Source of the DNA: Candidatus Poribacteria bacterium
Lineage (GTDB): Bacteria > Poribacteria > WGA-4E > PCPOR2b
DNA length: 64,000 bases
NCBI GenBank assembly: GCA_965215015.1
Contig: OZ244042.1
Span: 1,344,001-1,408,000 of the forward strand
Reading direction: 5' to 3'
The stretch's first letter is position 1, and each line of letters begins with the position of its first letter. Below the pieces are notes generated by a model. That model saw only the letters and a list, made by a program, of their open reading frames with translations, had not been told where the DNA came from and did not search any database. Positions 30,701-40,428 of the stretch are shown piece after piece. The position numbers and the translations under genes are program-made.

Positions 30701-33700
30701 TTATGGAGGTCGGTTATGATCTGACAGATATTATCGAGGAGTGGGGCGGTTTTTCGTACGGTCTGTCTGCCTCCGGAGAGGATTTCTCGGAACGCCAATT
30801 CCTTGAAATTTGGTTTCGGGTGCGCGGTGACTCGGACGTGACGTTACATATTGACCTAGGCGTCGTGAGCGAGGATAGCGACTTAGATAACCGGCTTGAC
30901 ACTGAGGATTTACCACCAGACCTAGACGATATCAATGGGGATGGAAAGATCGATGCGTTGGACCTCGATTTGGAAAACCTGCCCACTTCCCAAAAATTCC
31001 GTGCAAATGGTTCGCTGGACACAGGCGAGGATGTAGGTTGGGAGTATAGTGCCGGGTTTCAACCGACGAAAGTTGGTCCCGACAACACAGTTTTGGACAC
31101 CGAAGATCTCAACGGGGACGGTGTTCTAGACACTATCGACGCCTACCTCGAAATCAAAATTCCGCTTAACAATATTCCTGAAGAGTGGCTAAAACGCCAA
31201 CATCCAAACGGCTGGACATTTCTGAGTATCCCTCTCAACGCAGCAACAGCCGAAGGCAACCGCCTGCCGAATCTTGGGTTTATCCAACATATGCGTTTTT
31301 GGCTACGGAAGAACAGATCCGGAGCTGTCACAGGCAAATTTGAATGGGCGTCAATTGAGGTAGTCGGGGTTCAGTGGGAACGCGGTGTGGTAACGCGAAA
31401 CGATGCGATTACCAACGATGCAGCCGAGCGATTTACCGTTGCTACCAAAGACAACTTCAATTTTAATGACTATCAAGCTGCCTATGAACAGATTAAGGAT
31501 GAAGATAGTTTCAGCAAGTTACATCCCTTTACGGAAGCGACATACGGCTTCCAACAACGGCAGCAGCGCGAACAGACGCTGACGTTGAATTATGCGCTTC
31601 TGCCGGAATCCTTCGGCGTGACATCACGAGTACTGCGGGGGCTTCAACACGGCGAAGGGCAAGATTTTTCAAAACATGACACACTCAGACTATGGATTTA
31701 CGGGGACAGAGGCGAAACGACATTTGTATTACGTCTTGCCCCCAGTATCCGCACTGGATTTCGATCTACCTATCGTTCTGCAGGCCCCTTTGAGGATCCG
31801 CAGGACCAAGAAGAAGATATCAATGTTTTTGAAAATCTGAAAGACTTTTACGAATACACGCGCGTGATCGATTTTGACGGCTGGAAACTAATCGAGATCG
31901 AGTTGCGAGATCTGAAGCGAAATGAATATCCCGACACCGACATACCAACCGATCTGGACGGTGTTATACTACCGACAGGTCAGATTGGTCAACCGGAGCC
32001 TACAGATTTATCAACGGAGCAACAAGTAAACTTCGACAAACCGGATGGACATCCGGATGGTTTTGTTGTGCGGGGAACAAACAGTTCTCAGCTTTCAATA
32101 AAGAATGTCGGAGGTATACTGATTGGCATCCGTAATGATACCGACAGGGAGATTGGCGGGGAAGTGTGGATCAACGAGATTCATCTAAGCGATCCGCTTG
32201 TGCGTTCAGGTTGGGCACGGCGCGCCAACATGAACGTTAAACTCGGCAACCTGCTCAAGGTGGACAGTGGGTATGCAAGGCAAGACAAAGATTTTGAGAA
32301 TTCCGCCGGCGATACAGGGCGCCAACGTCGACACGATCTGGGATATAGCACGACTAGCAATGACTTCAATATCAATACCGAACTCAACCTCTTCTCTTGG
32401 CTGCCCCTCCGCTACTCTGTCCGAGAGGAGGAAGCTGAGACAGAAAGCCGGCGTGGGTCGTTTAGCTCCTTCCAAAGTGGAAAGAGCAAAACAAAGAGTC
32501 GCGATTTGTCGGCGAATTTTAACTTACGTCCATTGCCAGCGTTGGGGTTTGCACTTAATCACGAGGATTTTTGGAATGAACGTCAAGGCACAGTGATAAG
32601 TGATCTCTACACGGGTTCTTTCGAGTTCGGTCTCGGCTCTTTTTTGGGGCTTAACGTTCAGTATCACCACGAGGATGTTGAGACCGATCCATTGACAGCA
32701 ACAGGCACGTATAGCAGCGGCACTTCTTCATTTGGGAGCTACTATGGACGCAACCGAGATGAGAAGGTTGATAGCGGAAGCATTTCGATCGATATCAGTC
32801 CGTTTGAGAGTTTTAGCCTCAATCCGCAGTATGAGATTCGCCGCACACTTGAGAAACGAGATCCTGACGCCCAGCCTGGCACAACGACAATAGCTACAGA
32901 GGAGACAGAAGCACAATCTGCAATGCCGGTATTTACCATTGCGGCACGAGAACATCGACTTGCTCTGAACCCGCGTCTAAATCGTGATTTGTTAGGCATC
33001 CGTCCAACGATTAATAACCGAGTCAGCCTGAGTGAGAACTGGTTCGGTGATCGGAAAGATGCCCGAATCAGTGCGGATGTTAGGTTGGGGCTCAATGTCC
33101 GTCCACGGGCGTGGTTCGGTTGGTTATTCCGGGAACCGGAGCCTGAAGTCCCTTCCGAAGAAGGAGCTGAGCAGGAAGCGGAGAAAGAAGGACAGGCAGA
33201 AAATGAGGAACAGAGTAGTCCAACATCTAAACCGCCCTCTGAGTTTGACAGCTTTGAGGAAGAGACGCGACTTGAAGAAAACCGTCAGCAAGAACTTGAC
33301 CGGCTTGAACGTATGGGAATTGATCGAGAAATGATTGAAGAGGCGGAGAGTCAACGCGGAGACTGGATTCGTCGGGACAAGGCAGAGCTGGAACGAAAGT
33401 TGAAAGAACGGGAGAGCCGACAAGCGGAAAAGGAAGCAGGCATCATTCAGCGGAGCATCGAAAGCCTTGGGTTGAATGCGAACATCAGTCTGAATAACCA
33501 AGATTCTCTACGAGGACTGGATCCGGGCATGCGGATTGGCGACATCTTACAACTTCCAGATGAGGCAGAGGAACGCACCCAGTCGCGTCAGGGAACGCGC
33601 TACGGCTTTCGCACATCGGTCGATCCGTGGAGTTGGGCATCGCTTGGTGGCAGCGTTGACCTCAGCAATAACTTCACCAAATCATCAAGCACGTCCTATC

Positions 33701-34272
33701 GATCCGAATCAACACGCTATGAAGGAGATATCAAAATCTTCAACGCGAAAAACACATCGAGCCTTCAGTTAAGGTACGGCTATACGCTACAAGATCGGAG
33801 CAATATCAGTACCCAGACCGGCCAGAGTGCCGCCCATGAGCCTTCGATTAGCTGGAGTCATGCATGGGGACGGACGACCAAGACCGCGCTCGGTATTCGC
33901 CTCACGCAACGTGAGGAGGAACGGGCTGGGATTGATACTACTTCGTTCATTGTTACACCGAATGTCAGCATCGATTACCGGGTTCGGATAGAAGGCGGGC
34001 TTCGCCTTCCCTTTATCGGTAAGATTCCCCTCCAGCACGACTTAGACCTCAATAACACGCTGTCAACGGTTATCCGTCGTGAACGGTTCGGGGCGAATCG
34101 GGAGGAACGGTCTGAGCGATATGAAACGTCTCTGCGGATTGGATACAGGTTGAGCGAGCGCCTCACTGCTAATTTGAATCTCGGCTTGAGTTACAATAAC
34201 GACCGTGTCGAGGAGGGACGGGATTTTATTTCGGTAGCAAGTGCGTTGACGGTTCGTGGAGAGTTTGAGTGA
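27799..34272 (+). CDS. Giant SprA/Sov-like outer membrane beta-barrel protein with Gly/Tyr-rich inserts
   Basis: SprA-like motifs IPGSEKVRL...DYTIIYEVG, LHIDLGVVSED, TEDLNGDG, GEVWINEIHL...GWA. Signal peptide, beta-rich C-terminus ending GEFE. Confidence 0.72.
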   Translation: MNFIVKQIFRPPSLFILALILSTLHPSAAHTEPVLKNAPLTEYYMKRRALVLNREETESAAEFAKLSKTQDFWMPPADSDTDPWKAQLPPTDEETEEQDIRLKMLTPYYESLRRWRNPPFLLDLSELGDWREGQQKETEKGIALPLQSNLQITGHKSVTVELHKTHYFGEGDINRYGGSYGGGGFGSGLDLGLTSSYTYDSFGSGFGGGYGGGYGSGLGGGYGTGYGSGYGSGFGSGRSGVPRDTGINIRQTLEVGLHGRVGEHTHVEVNYSDSGGGYGGGYGGYSSGYGGGYGGAKEQKIRVWYEGTETSILKTLSFGDLTLNLPNTRFLNINRNLFGLEAVAQLGGAKLTAFGSRSKGISDIRRFGGQSRRAAGGRGFTIPDANYVKERFYLIQLGEDELLHDSYRPIKHGSEEIYIDDNVASNNQGGVRTGRGYFNLQQAGQDYNINYETGEIEFLTPISASYEIVVAYEYLGEGGGVIGDPGNVFEDENDDGTIDEEGEEVGYVTIKGKSLRGTESRRVYSLGNRNISPRDYRITIVRQGSGESFDTGTEEIPYIRIFRLDQNGDGIVDPEFIDFDRGLLTFSDLRPFVIEDPENPYFQFREQLSNEAIYLENPRTTDAAYTIIADYSFQSETYNVGLFVIPGSEKVRLNRQLLKRDVDYTIIYEVGTLRFFTELDEFDEIVVEFERTPFGGALQQTVAGLWLEYSYVPKLKTKKKERKLDRFERLTGTTNRPERDDWSETEDSRFGRSSSGGFSGRFGGSRYGGGRSDGFGGGFGGYSSLGGRSRRGLRTGGSSYFNPTFQKGFSVATGYILNTGQKPSRIPDVNGAPSRLQAVNINTTFGRDFNLARLLNPLPFVAMRNFPLSISFSGETAFSHNNPNSVGFALIDSMEAAREASNTPTFKHHWRVSSVPIAEGVTLDNRALFRVLARDRNESQAVGNYMRNREVPASVINPLANSTEERLVMEVGYDLTDIIEEWGGFSYGLSASGEDFSERQFLEIWFRVRGDSDVTLHIDLGVVSEDSDLDNRLDTEDLPPDLDDINGDGKIDALDLDLENLPTSQKFRANGSLDTGEDVGWEYSAGFQPTKVGPDNTVLDTEDLNGDGVLDTIDAYLEIKIPLNNIPEEWLKRQHPNGWTFLSIPLNAATAEGNRLPNLGFIQHMRFWLRKNRSGAVTGKFEWASIEVVGVQWERGVVTRNDAITNDAAERFTVATKDNFNFNDYQAAYEQIKDEDSFSKLHPFTEATYGFQQRQQREQTLTLNYALLPESFGVTSRVLRGLQHGEGQDFSKHDTLRLWIYGDRGETTFVLRLAPSIRTGFRSTYRSAGPFEDPQDQEEDINVFENLKDFYEYTRVIDFDGWKLIEIELRDLKRNEYPDTDIPTDLDGVILPTGQIGQPEPTDLSTEQQVNFDKPDGHPDGFVVRGTNSSQLSIKNVGGILIGIRNDTDREIGGEVWINEIHLSDPLVRSGWARRANMNVKLGNLLKVDSGYARQDKDFENSAGDTGRQRRHDLGYSTTSNDFNINTELNLFSWLPLRYSVREEEAETESRRGSFSSFQSGKSKTKSRDLSANFNLRPLPALGFALNHEDFWNERQGTVISDLYTGSFEFGLGSFLGLNVQYHHEDVETDPLTATGTYSSGTSSFGSYYGRNRDEKVDSGSISIDISPFESFSLNPQYEIRRTLEKRDPDAQPGTTTIATEETEAQSAMPVFTIAAREHRLALNPRLNRDLLGIRPTINNRVSLSENWFGDRKDARISADVRLGLNVRPRAWFGWLFREPEPEVPSEEGAEQEAEKEGQAENEEQSSPTSKPPSEFDSFEEETRLEENRQQELDRLERMGIDREMIEEAESQRGDWIRRDKAELERKLKERESRQAEKEAGIIQRSIESLGLNANISLNNQDSLRGLDPGMRIGDILQLPDEAEERTQSRQGTRYGFRTSVDPWSWASLGGSVDLSNNFTKSSSTSYRSESTRYEGDIKIFNAKNTSSLQLRYGYTLQDRSNISTQTGQSAAHEPSISWSHAWGRTTKTALGIRLTQREEERAGIDTTSFIVTPNVSIDYRVRIEGGLRLPFIGKIPLQHDLDLNNTLSTVIRRERFGANREERSERYETSLRIGYRLSERLTANLNLGLSYNNDRVEEGRDFISVASALTVRGEFE

Positions 34273-35911
34273 TTATAAGGGATTGATTCGGTTTCACGTT
34301 AACAAGCTGATCGACAGTCCCGCTGGGCCAATTCACCGTAATTGAATCAATTTGGGGGGTATTCCCAATTCCAAAGATAGCTGTGAGCTCGCTCTGCGAA
34401 CAGTAGCTTGCCCCGCTTTTCAGTGTACGTGTCTGCGTACCAGATTTCGACTGTACGGTAATCTTTGCGCCGATTCCACTTCGATTGCTCATGGTCCCGA
34501 TCAGTTTTAACTTAATCCAATTGTTTCGATTCCCACCATCATTGCGATATAGATGGGCTGCCGCATTAGAAGTATTGACCAGCACATCCCAATCGCCATC
34601 ATTATCAATATCTCCATACGCTGCACCACGTCCAACAATCGGTTTTTGAAGGTCTGAGCCAACTCTGGGTGCAACATCTTCAAACTGACTGTTACCAATA
34701 TTGTGGAACAGATGGGGTGGTTGGGCATACGTCACTTCGCTCTGCACGGCGTTGATGTCGTTTTCAATGTGACCATTGGCTGCGAAAATATCGAGTTTTC
34801 CATCTAAGTCAAAATCGAAGAAGAAGCAACCAAACGTCAACGTTAGCAAGCTGGCATACCCGATGTTGGCAATGGGGGCATCATCGATAAAAAAAACGCC
34901 TTCGTTATGATAAAGATTCATCATCTCATTGGAGAAATTGCCGATCACAAGACTTTCTCGACCGCTGCCATCATAGTCTCCAGCATCAATCCCCATCGCT
35001 CCCCGCGCGACACCTCTTTCATCGTAAGCGATGCCGGCGAGCATTCCTCTTTCGATAAAGGTTCCATCCCCGTTATTCTGATAGAGCTTATTCGGTTGTG
35101 TGTCATTCGCCTCAAAGAGGTCGGGGAAGCCATCATGGTTATAATCAAATACGCAGACACCGAGCGATTTACTGGTCGGGTCTTCGATCCGGGCAATCCG
35201 GGAGACATCGGTGAACGTCCCATCTCCACGATTCCTGAACAGTTTGCTCGCCTGCCCCGGATACGATCTGGGGCCGCAGTACGATTGATTTACACCGTCC
35301 AACGTGCAGAAAAGATTCGTCTCAGGGGTCCATTCTATGTAATTGGCGACAAAGAGATCTAGGTTGCCGTCTCTATCGTAATCTAGCCATGCACAGCTTG
35401 TTCCGAAACCGGGGTTATCAATCCCCGCGGAAGTCGTTGCATCGACAAAGGTTCCATTTCCCTGATTCTGGAACAATCGATCCGCCTCCAGACAGCTGAT
35501 ATACAGATCGTCATCACCATCATTATCGTAGTCGGCAACGGCGACACCGAGCCCGTATAACTCCACGGCAAGTCCAGCAGTTTCCGTGACATCGGTGAAA
35601 GTTCCGTCTTGGTTATTTCGATAGAGACCCATTGTTTGCCGCTTTCCGGTTGAGTGCCCGTGCCAATCTTTACCGTTCACCAACAGAATGTCTTGCCATC
35701 CATCGTTGTCGTAGTCAATAAATGCACAGCCGGAAGCTATCTCCTCCGGAAGGTACTTTTCGCCGAATGCGCCGGTATTGTGGACAAAATCGATCCCTGC
35801 CTCCTTTGTAATATCGACGAATTGAGGGAGTGTTTCTGCCGTGATTGTACCCTGAGCCCAGATCAGAGATATGAAATTGAAAACCCATTTTGTTATCGAT
35901 GTTGCTTTCAT
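34226..35911 (-). CDS. CRTAC1/ASPIC-UnbV family FG-GAP repeat protein
   Basis: Repeated DYDNDG motifs; C-terminal SNRSGIGAKI...SYCSQSE...WPSG. Confidence 0.92.
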   Translation of the reverse strand: MKATSITKWVFNFISLIWAQGTITAETLPQFVDITKEAGIDFVHNTGAFGEKYLPEEIASGCAFIDYDNDGWQDILLVNGKDWHGHSTGKRQTMGLYRNNQDGTFTDVTETAGLAVELYGLGVAVADYDNDGDDDLYISCLEADRLFQNQGNGTFVDATTSAGIDNPGFGTSCAWLDYDRDGNLDLFVANYIEWTPETNLFCTLDGVNQSYCGPRSYPGQASKLFRNRGDGTFTDVSRIARIEDPTSKSLGVCVFDYNHDGFPDLFEANDTQPNKLYQNNGDGTFIERGMLAGIAYDERGVARGAMGIDAGDYDGSGRESLVIGNFSNEMMNLYHNEGVFFIDDAPIANIGYASLLTLTFGCFFFDFDLDGKLDIFAANGHIENDINAVQSEVTYAQPPHLFHNIGNSQFEDVAPRVGSDLQKPIVGRGAAYGDIDNDGDWDVLVNTSNAAAHLYRNDGGNRNNWIKLKLIGTMSNRSGIGAKITVQSKSGTQTRTLKSGASYCSQSELTAIFGIGNTPQIDSITVNWPSGTVDQLVNVKPNQSLIITQTLHEPSTHLLPK

Positions 35912-35923
35912 TATTTTCGATTC

Positions 35924-36108
35924 GCTCATGTTAAGAAATCGTGAAAAGCCTCCGAGTTTTTATCAAAAATTCGGAGGCAAATACCAATCGTGTTGGACTC
36001 TGGTGTTTGGTAAATTGAAAATACCAAGTATGCTGCGCGACAGCATACCCGACACTGTTGCGCGATGTTCCGGGTATCTTTGCTCTGCGCTTTCTTTTGA
36101 CATGAACC
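35924..36108. repeat. MITE-like repeat family B (further copies 37198-37292, 56386-56474, 59227-59451)
   Basis: Shared ends gctcatgttaaga / tgttgcacgatttcttaacatgaac and internal ccgagttttt palindromes. Confidence 0.65.
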
Positions 36109-36154
36109 TTGGGGGATTTTATCGAATTTATTTTATAAAAACTGTTGATTGTAT

Positions 36155-37147
36155 TCAAGTACCCACTTTGACTTTCGTATTATGCGTCATCGCTGCCTCA
36201 ATGGCTAGACAGGTTTCAACCGTTGCAACTCCTTCAGATAGTGGGCAAGCCAGTACTGTATCTTGCAAGATGCTATCGACAAAGTTCTCCATCTCGTATG
36301 CCCATTCAGGAGAGCCGCGACCGTGTAGCGGCGTCGTTGTCAAGCGTTCCGGATTCCATTCGGCTGACTTGTGCAGATAGCCTTGAAGCACCTCTTCCTC
36401 CCACCAGCAGACGATTGTCCCCTCATGTCCATAGACAGAAAGCGACATAATGTATGGACGCACCACCGATGCACTGGTAAACACCTTGCCCATCGCACCA
36501 TTTTTGAATTTCAGGATTGCGAGTCGCGCATGTTCCGTATGATCACCCGATACTTCCTCAATATCCCCGGCAATCCAGCGTAACAGGTCTACGGAGTGAT
36601 AGGCGATGCCCAATCGCATTTGGGCGCGGGGGCTACGTCCCCACGTCAGACGACTTGGATATTCACCCGGATCTGGCTTATGTGCGTAGTTGGACGAAAG
36701 GTAGAAGACATCGCTGATGTCGCCGCCGGAGACAATCTCTTTTGCGTGTGCGAAAGTGGGCCAAGAACGGCAGATATGTCCTGTGGCAGCCTTCTGGTTT
36801 GGATATTCAAACATAGCGATGCGAAGTGCTCGGCACTCCTCTATGGTGAGACACGCAGGTGTTTCACCAAGGACGTGTTTACCCGCTTGCAAGCCCGCAA
36901 GTAGTTGTTCTGAGTGAAGGTAGTTCGGTGTGCACAGATTGAATGCGTCAATTTCGTCATCCCTCAACGCTTCATCGAACGAGCGATAGATTTTCGGAAC
37001 GCTCCATGTTTCCGCCTTCGCCTTTGAAGCGTCAGAATGTGCTACTACAGCGGTAACAGTCGCTTTCTCAGGAATCGCCTTGTAGCCGTTGAAATGGTTC
37101 GTACCTGTCCAGCCTGTACCAACTATACAGACGTTGATTTTGTCCAT
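36155..37147 (-). CDS. Gfo/Idh/MocA family oxidoreductase
   Basis: IVGTGWTG, CTPNYLH, GKHVLGETP, HSVDLLRW. Confidence 0.9.
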   Translation of the reverse strand: MDKINVCIVGTGWTGTNHFNGYKAIPEKATVTAVVAHSDASKAKAETWSVPKIYRSFDEALRDDEIDAFNLCTPNYLHSEQLLAGLQAGKHVLGETPACLTIEECRALRIAMFEYPNQKAATGHICRSWPTFAHAKEIVSGGDISDVFYLSSNYAHKPDPGEYPSRLTWGRSPRAQMRLGIAYHSVDLLRWIAGDIEEVSGDHTEHARLAILKFKNGAMGKVFTSASVVRPYIMSLSVYGHEGTIVCWWEEEVLQGYLHKSAEWNPERLTTTPLHGRGSPEWAYEMENFVDSILQDTVLACPLSEGVATVETCLAIEAAMTHNTKVKVGT

Positions 37148-37408
37148 TGTTTAAATCTCCTTAGTTCTGGTAAACCCTTCCGCATATAAAAGCTGATGGC
37201 TCAGGTTAAAAGAAAGTACAAAACACAAAGAGTCCCCGAGTTTTTTTTTCGGAAAAACTCGGGGGCTGTTGCACGATTCCTTAACATGAACCAAGCCGAT
37301 TTGTTGCTAGATTCTTTTTAAGAAAAAAATTGACACTCACTTCGGAAATTCTATGATATAATACCGTCAGTTGCCACTATAATGAGGACGCCGGGCAGTC
37401 CCTCGGAC

Positions 37409-37964
37409 TAGGGTCATTTAGTTTTTGGCAATATGTTGTCTATATGCCGGTGTTTAATACAAGGGCGACGGGACTTTTCACGCCGCAGCGGTTAGACTTC
37501 CCCTGAAAAACCGGCCCCAATTTTTGAAATGCAATATGACCCCAACCCAGTCATGTCACTTGATAGACATTTTAGCAGTAGTCCCGGATGCTCGCAAGGC
37601 AAAAGGAAAGGGCACCCGGGTTGCTTCTTGCCCTCTCGGTGATTGCGATTATGTCTGGGTATCGGAGTTATAGTAACATTGCCCAATGGGGACAGACCTA
37701 TCGGCTTTGGTCAAAGGCCTCGGCTAGACCTACGCCAACTCCCGTGTGCTGCGCCGTTACATAAATCAGGGGAAAAACCAAAACTAATAGGACTTACGTA
37801 GTTGAACGCTCAATGTCTTGTAGTTCAGCAATTCATCGCCGGAGCACATAACCTCTGATGCCCGATTCATCGGGCAACTACAACACGGGTTCCCTTAAAG
37901 CACTCGTAGGGAAAATGATCGGTGTTCCCTACTGAAGGGCGTAAGTCCTAATTAAATGACTCTA
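37409..37964 (+). mobile_element. ISAs1-family remnant (N-terminal fragment) with a nested MITE in its right end
   Basis: Frameshifted VPDARKAKGK...LALSVIAIMSGYRSYSNIAQWG. Terminal inverted repeats and flanking CCCTCGGA direct repeats. Confidence 0.7.
37788..37950. repeat. MITE-like repeat family A (further copies 49061-49252, 55918-56023)
   Basis: Terminal inverted repeats taggacttacg / cgtaagtccta enclosing GTAG...CTAC palindromes. Confidence 0.7.
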
Positions 37965-38416
37965 CCCTCGGATTGCGTTTGTTGCAGCAGTTAGATGAGG
38001 GGTGCTCATAATTATTGTCTGAATCGCAGATTGCACGGATACAGATATGGGGCTCAGGTGGTGGATGAGGCAAGATGCCCTACCGACAGGGTTGGCGATA
38101 TTTTGTCTCCATTCAGGTTGGGAGTTTAATGGCAGTTGGGTGTTAGCCGGGCCATGTGCCGTAACAGTTGTGGGGTTTACGGCACGCGAAGCGTGCCTAC
38201 TATTCTATGAGCATCAATTAGATAGGTTATTATATCGACGGACGCTATTTCAGTCAGCTTGTGCCATCGCTTAGCATTAAGGGTAGTGGAAACGTTAATG
38301 CGTGTCAAGGGTAAAAGACGTATTCAATCAAAAGAAAACAGACGGTGTTGACAGCTAATGCTCTGCATCAAAAGGACAACCATAACTTGTAACCGAATAC
38401 CGGAGGTATAAAAGCT

Positions 38417-39229
38417 ATGCCCAAACTCATTGAACCTATCATAGCGGACCCGGACAACATTGAAGACCAGATTGATTGCTTCAAAGCCCACGGCTATGTC
38501 ATCCTTCCAGAGCTACTCTCGCCCGATGAAGTCGAAACCCTCAATGATGCCATTGATCGAGATCGAGAGGCAAACCATTTCATGTGGTTTTCTGGAACAG
38601 CACCCGACTACAACTGTAATCTCCTGTTGACAGAGCCTGCTTTTGAGATGACCATCCGCCACGAAAGATTACTCCCCCTTATCGGAGAATTGATGGGCGG
38701 TCCCATCTGCTTTGAGGAACTGGCTGTGCGCCATCGTGGTAGCGAGGATGAAGGGCGTGACACAGGGTGGCACAGGGATCGCGGCTATTGGCCTGAACAT
38801 CCCCTGAATCTCGATTATCCACAGGTCATCTACTACCTGAATGATGTGAACGAGATTACTCACTGTTTCTCTATCAGTCCAGAGCCCGCCGGTGGAGAAA
38901 TCCTTGATGACAAAGAAGCACATCTTGAACGCGGTGGTATCCTCCATTTCTATGGTAGCGCAGGTTCGGCAATTCTTTTTAACTGTGCCACTTTGCACGG
39001 TGTAACACTGCGGAAAACTGATAAGGTGCGTCGCACCATTCAGGTTTATTATGGGCATCCTAACCGCCCTTCCTTGAGCGAAGTGACGCTGATGCCTCCG
39101 AGCCTGTGGCGAGATCACCCAGACCTGGAAGTTCGCCGATTCTACAGCAAGTTTAATCGATATACGAGAGTCATGATGGAGGGCCTCAGTCTGCCCGATG
39201 ATAGGGAATACTCGCTCCCACAACTGTAG
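38417..39229 (+). CDS. PhyH family dioxygenase
   Basis: HGYVILPELL, GWHRD, LHG. Confidence 0.85.
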   Translation: MPKLIEPIIADPDNIEDQIDCFKAHGYVILPELLSPDEVETLNDAIDRDREANHFMWFSGTAPDYNCNLLLTEPAFEMTIRHERLLPLIGELMGGPICFEELAVRHRGSEDEGRDTGWHRDRGYWPEHPLNLDYPQVIYYLNDVNEITHCFSISPEPAGGEILDDKEAHLERGGILHFYGSAGSAILFNCATLHGVTLRKTDKVRRTIQVYYGHPNRPSLSEVTLMPPSLWRDHPDLEVRRFYSKFNRYTRVMMEGLSLPDDREYSLPQL

Positions 39230-40342
39230 GTGAAAATTATGCAATTCAAAGAACATCTTATCGATGACGCAATCAGCAGTGTTTACGGATTGGAAGTCGC
39301 CGACATGAACGGCGATGGACAGAAAGATATTGTCATGGGTTCGACCGGTGAACCGGTCATTGTCTGGTACGAAGCACCTGGTTGGAAAAGACATCTGATT
39401 TCAGACCAACACCCTGGCAATATCACCATCGCTGCTGAGGATTTGACAGGAAATGGCGTACCGGATTTGATTGTTGGAAGCGCATTTAATCGGGGGGACC
39501 GTTCTCTCATCGAATATCTACATTGGCTCGAAGCCCCCGCGGACGGTGGACAGTGGCAAAGTCATTTCATCGAAGAAATACCATACCTTCACCGTATCGC
39601 GGTTGCTGACATCAACAGTGATGGGCAACCTCTTCTGTTCGCCGCATCAATTCAGGGACCCGAAGGTGGGTTAGATGATTGGTATGATCCAGGCAGTCTC
39701 TGGTGTTACTCACTCCCAAGCGATCCGGTCAACGGTCCTTGGGAACGTTGCTTAATTGACGGTGAGCTCCATCTCAACCATGGCCTGAGTATCGGTGATG
39801 TGGATGGGGATGGCAGGCTTGATATCCTGATTGGCTGCCGGGACGGAGTGATTTGGCTCGAACCCCCTTCGGACCCGTTATCAGGTGAGTGGAACCGTTG
39901 GGTGATTAGCGACCAAGAGAGCAGTGAGGTTTTCACGGTCGATCTGGATGGAGATGGGGTCAACGAAATTTTATCCATTGAACCGTGGCACGGGAATACG
40001 TTATCTTGGTACAAGGCCTCAGCAGACCTACGGACAGGTAAGTGGATACGACACCAGATCGATGACACTTTGAATCGTGGACACTCGTTGCACGGAATCG
40101 ATGTCGATGGCGATGGGAGGGTGGAGATTATCTCTGGATATAACGGTGAAGGCAGAAGGCTTCAACTCTATCGTCCTAAAAACCTCGATCAAAATCAGTG
40201 GACGAAAGAACTTATCGATGACGGTGGCTTGGGAGTCGGTAACATGCACGTGCTTGACTTGAATGACGACGGACGAGTGGATATCGTTGCTGGGGGGTTA
40301 AGCACGGGCAATGTCAAGTGGTACGAGAATTTGGGCGTGTAG
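39230..40342 (+). CDS. FG-GAP/VCBS repeat beta-propeller protein
   Basis: Multiple DxNGDG motifs, WYEAP, WYEN. Confidence 0.85.
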   Translation: MKIMQFKEHLIDDAISSVYGLEVADMNGDGQKDIVMGSTGEPVIVWYEAPGWKRHLISDQHPGNITIAAEDLTGNGVPDLIVGSAFNRGDRSLIEYLHWLEAPADGGQWQSHFIEEIPYLHRIAVADINSDGQPLLFAASIQGPEGGLDDWYDPGSLWCYSLPSDPVNGPWERCLIDGELHLNHGLSIGDVDGDGRLDILIGCRDGVIWLEPPSDPLSGEWNRWVISDQESSEVFTVDLDGDGVNEILSIEPWHGNTLSWYKASADLRTGKWIRHQIDDTLNRGHSLHGIDVDGDGRVEIISGYNGEGRRLQLYRPKNLDQNQWTKELIDDGGLGVGNMHVLDLNDDGRVDIVAGGLSTGNVKWYENLGV

Positions 40343-40428
40343 CCTTTGGCATTAGTTCCTTCATGAACCACAATGCGCTAATGGACCAATGAACTACGCT
40401 CCCTTACAGGCAGTTGGGAACATCTATC

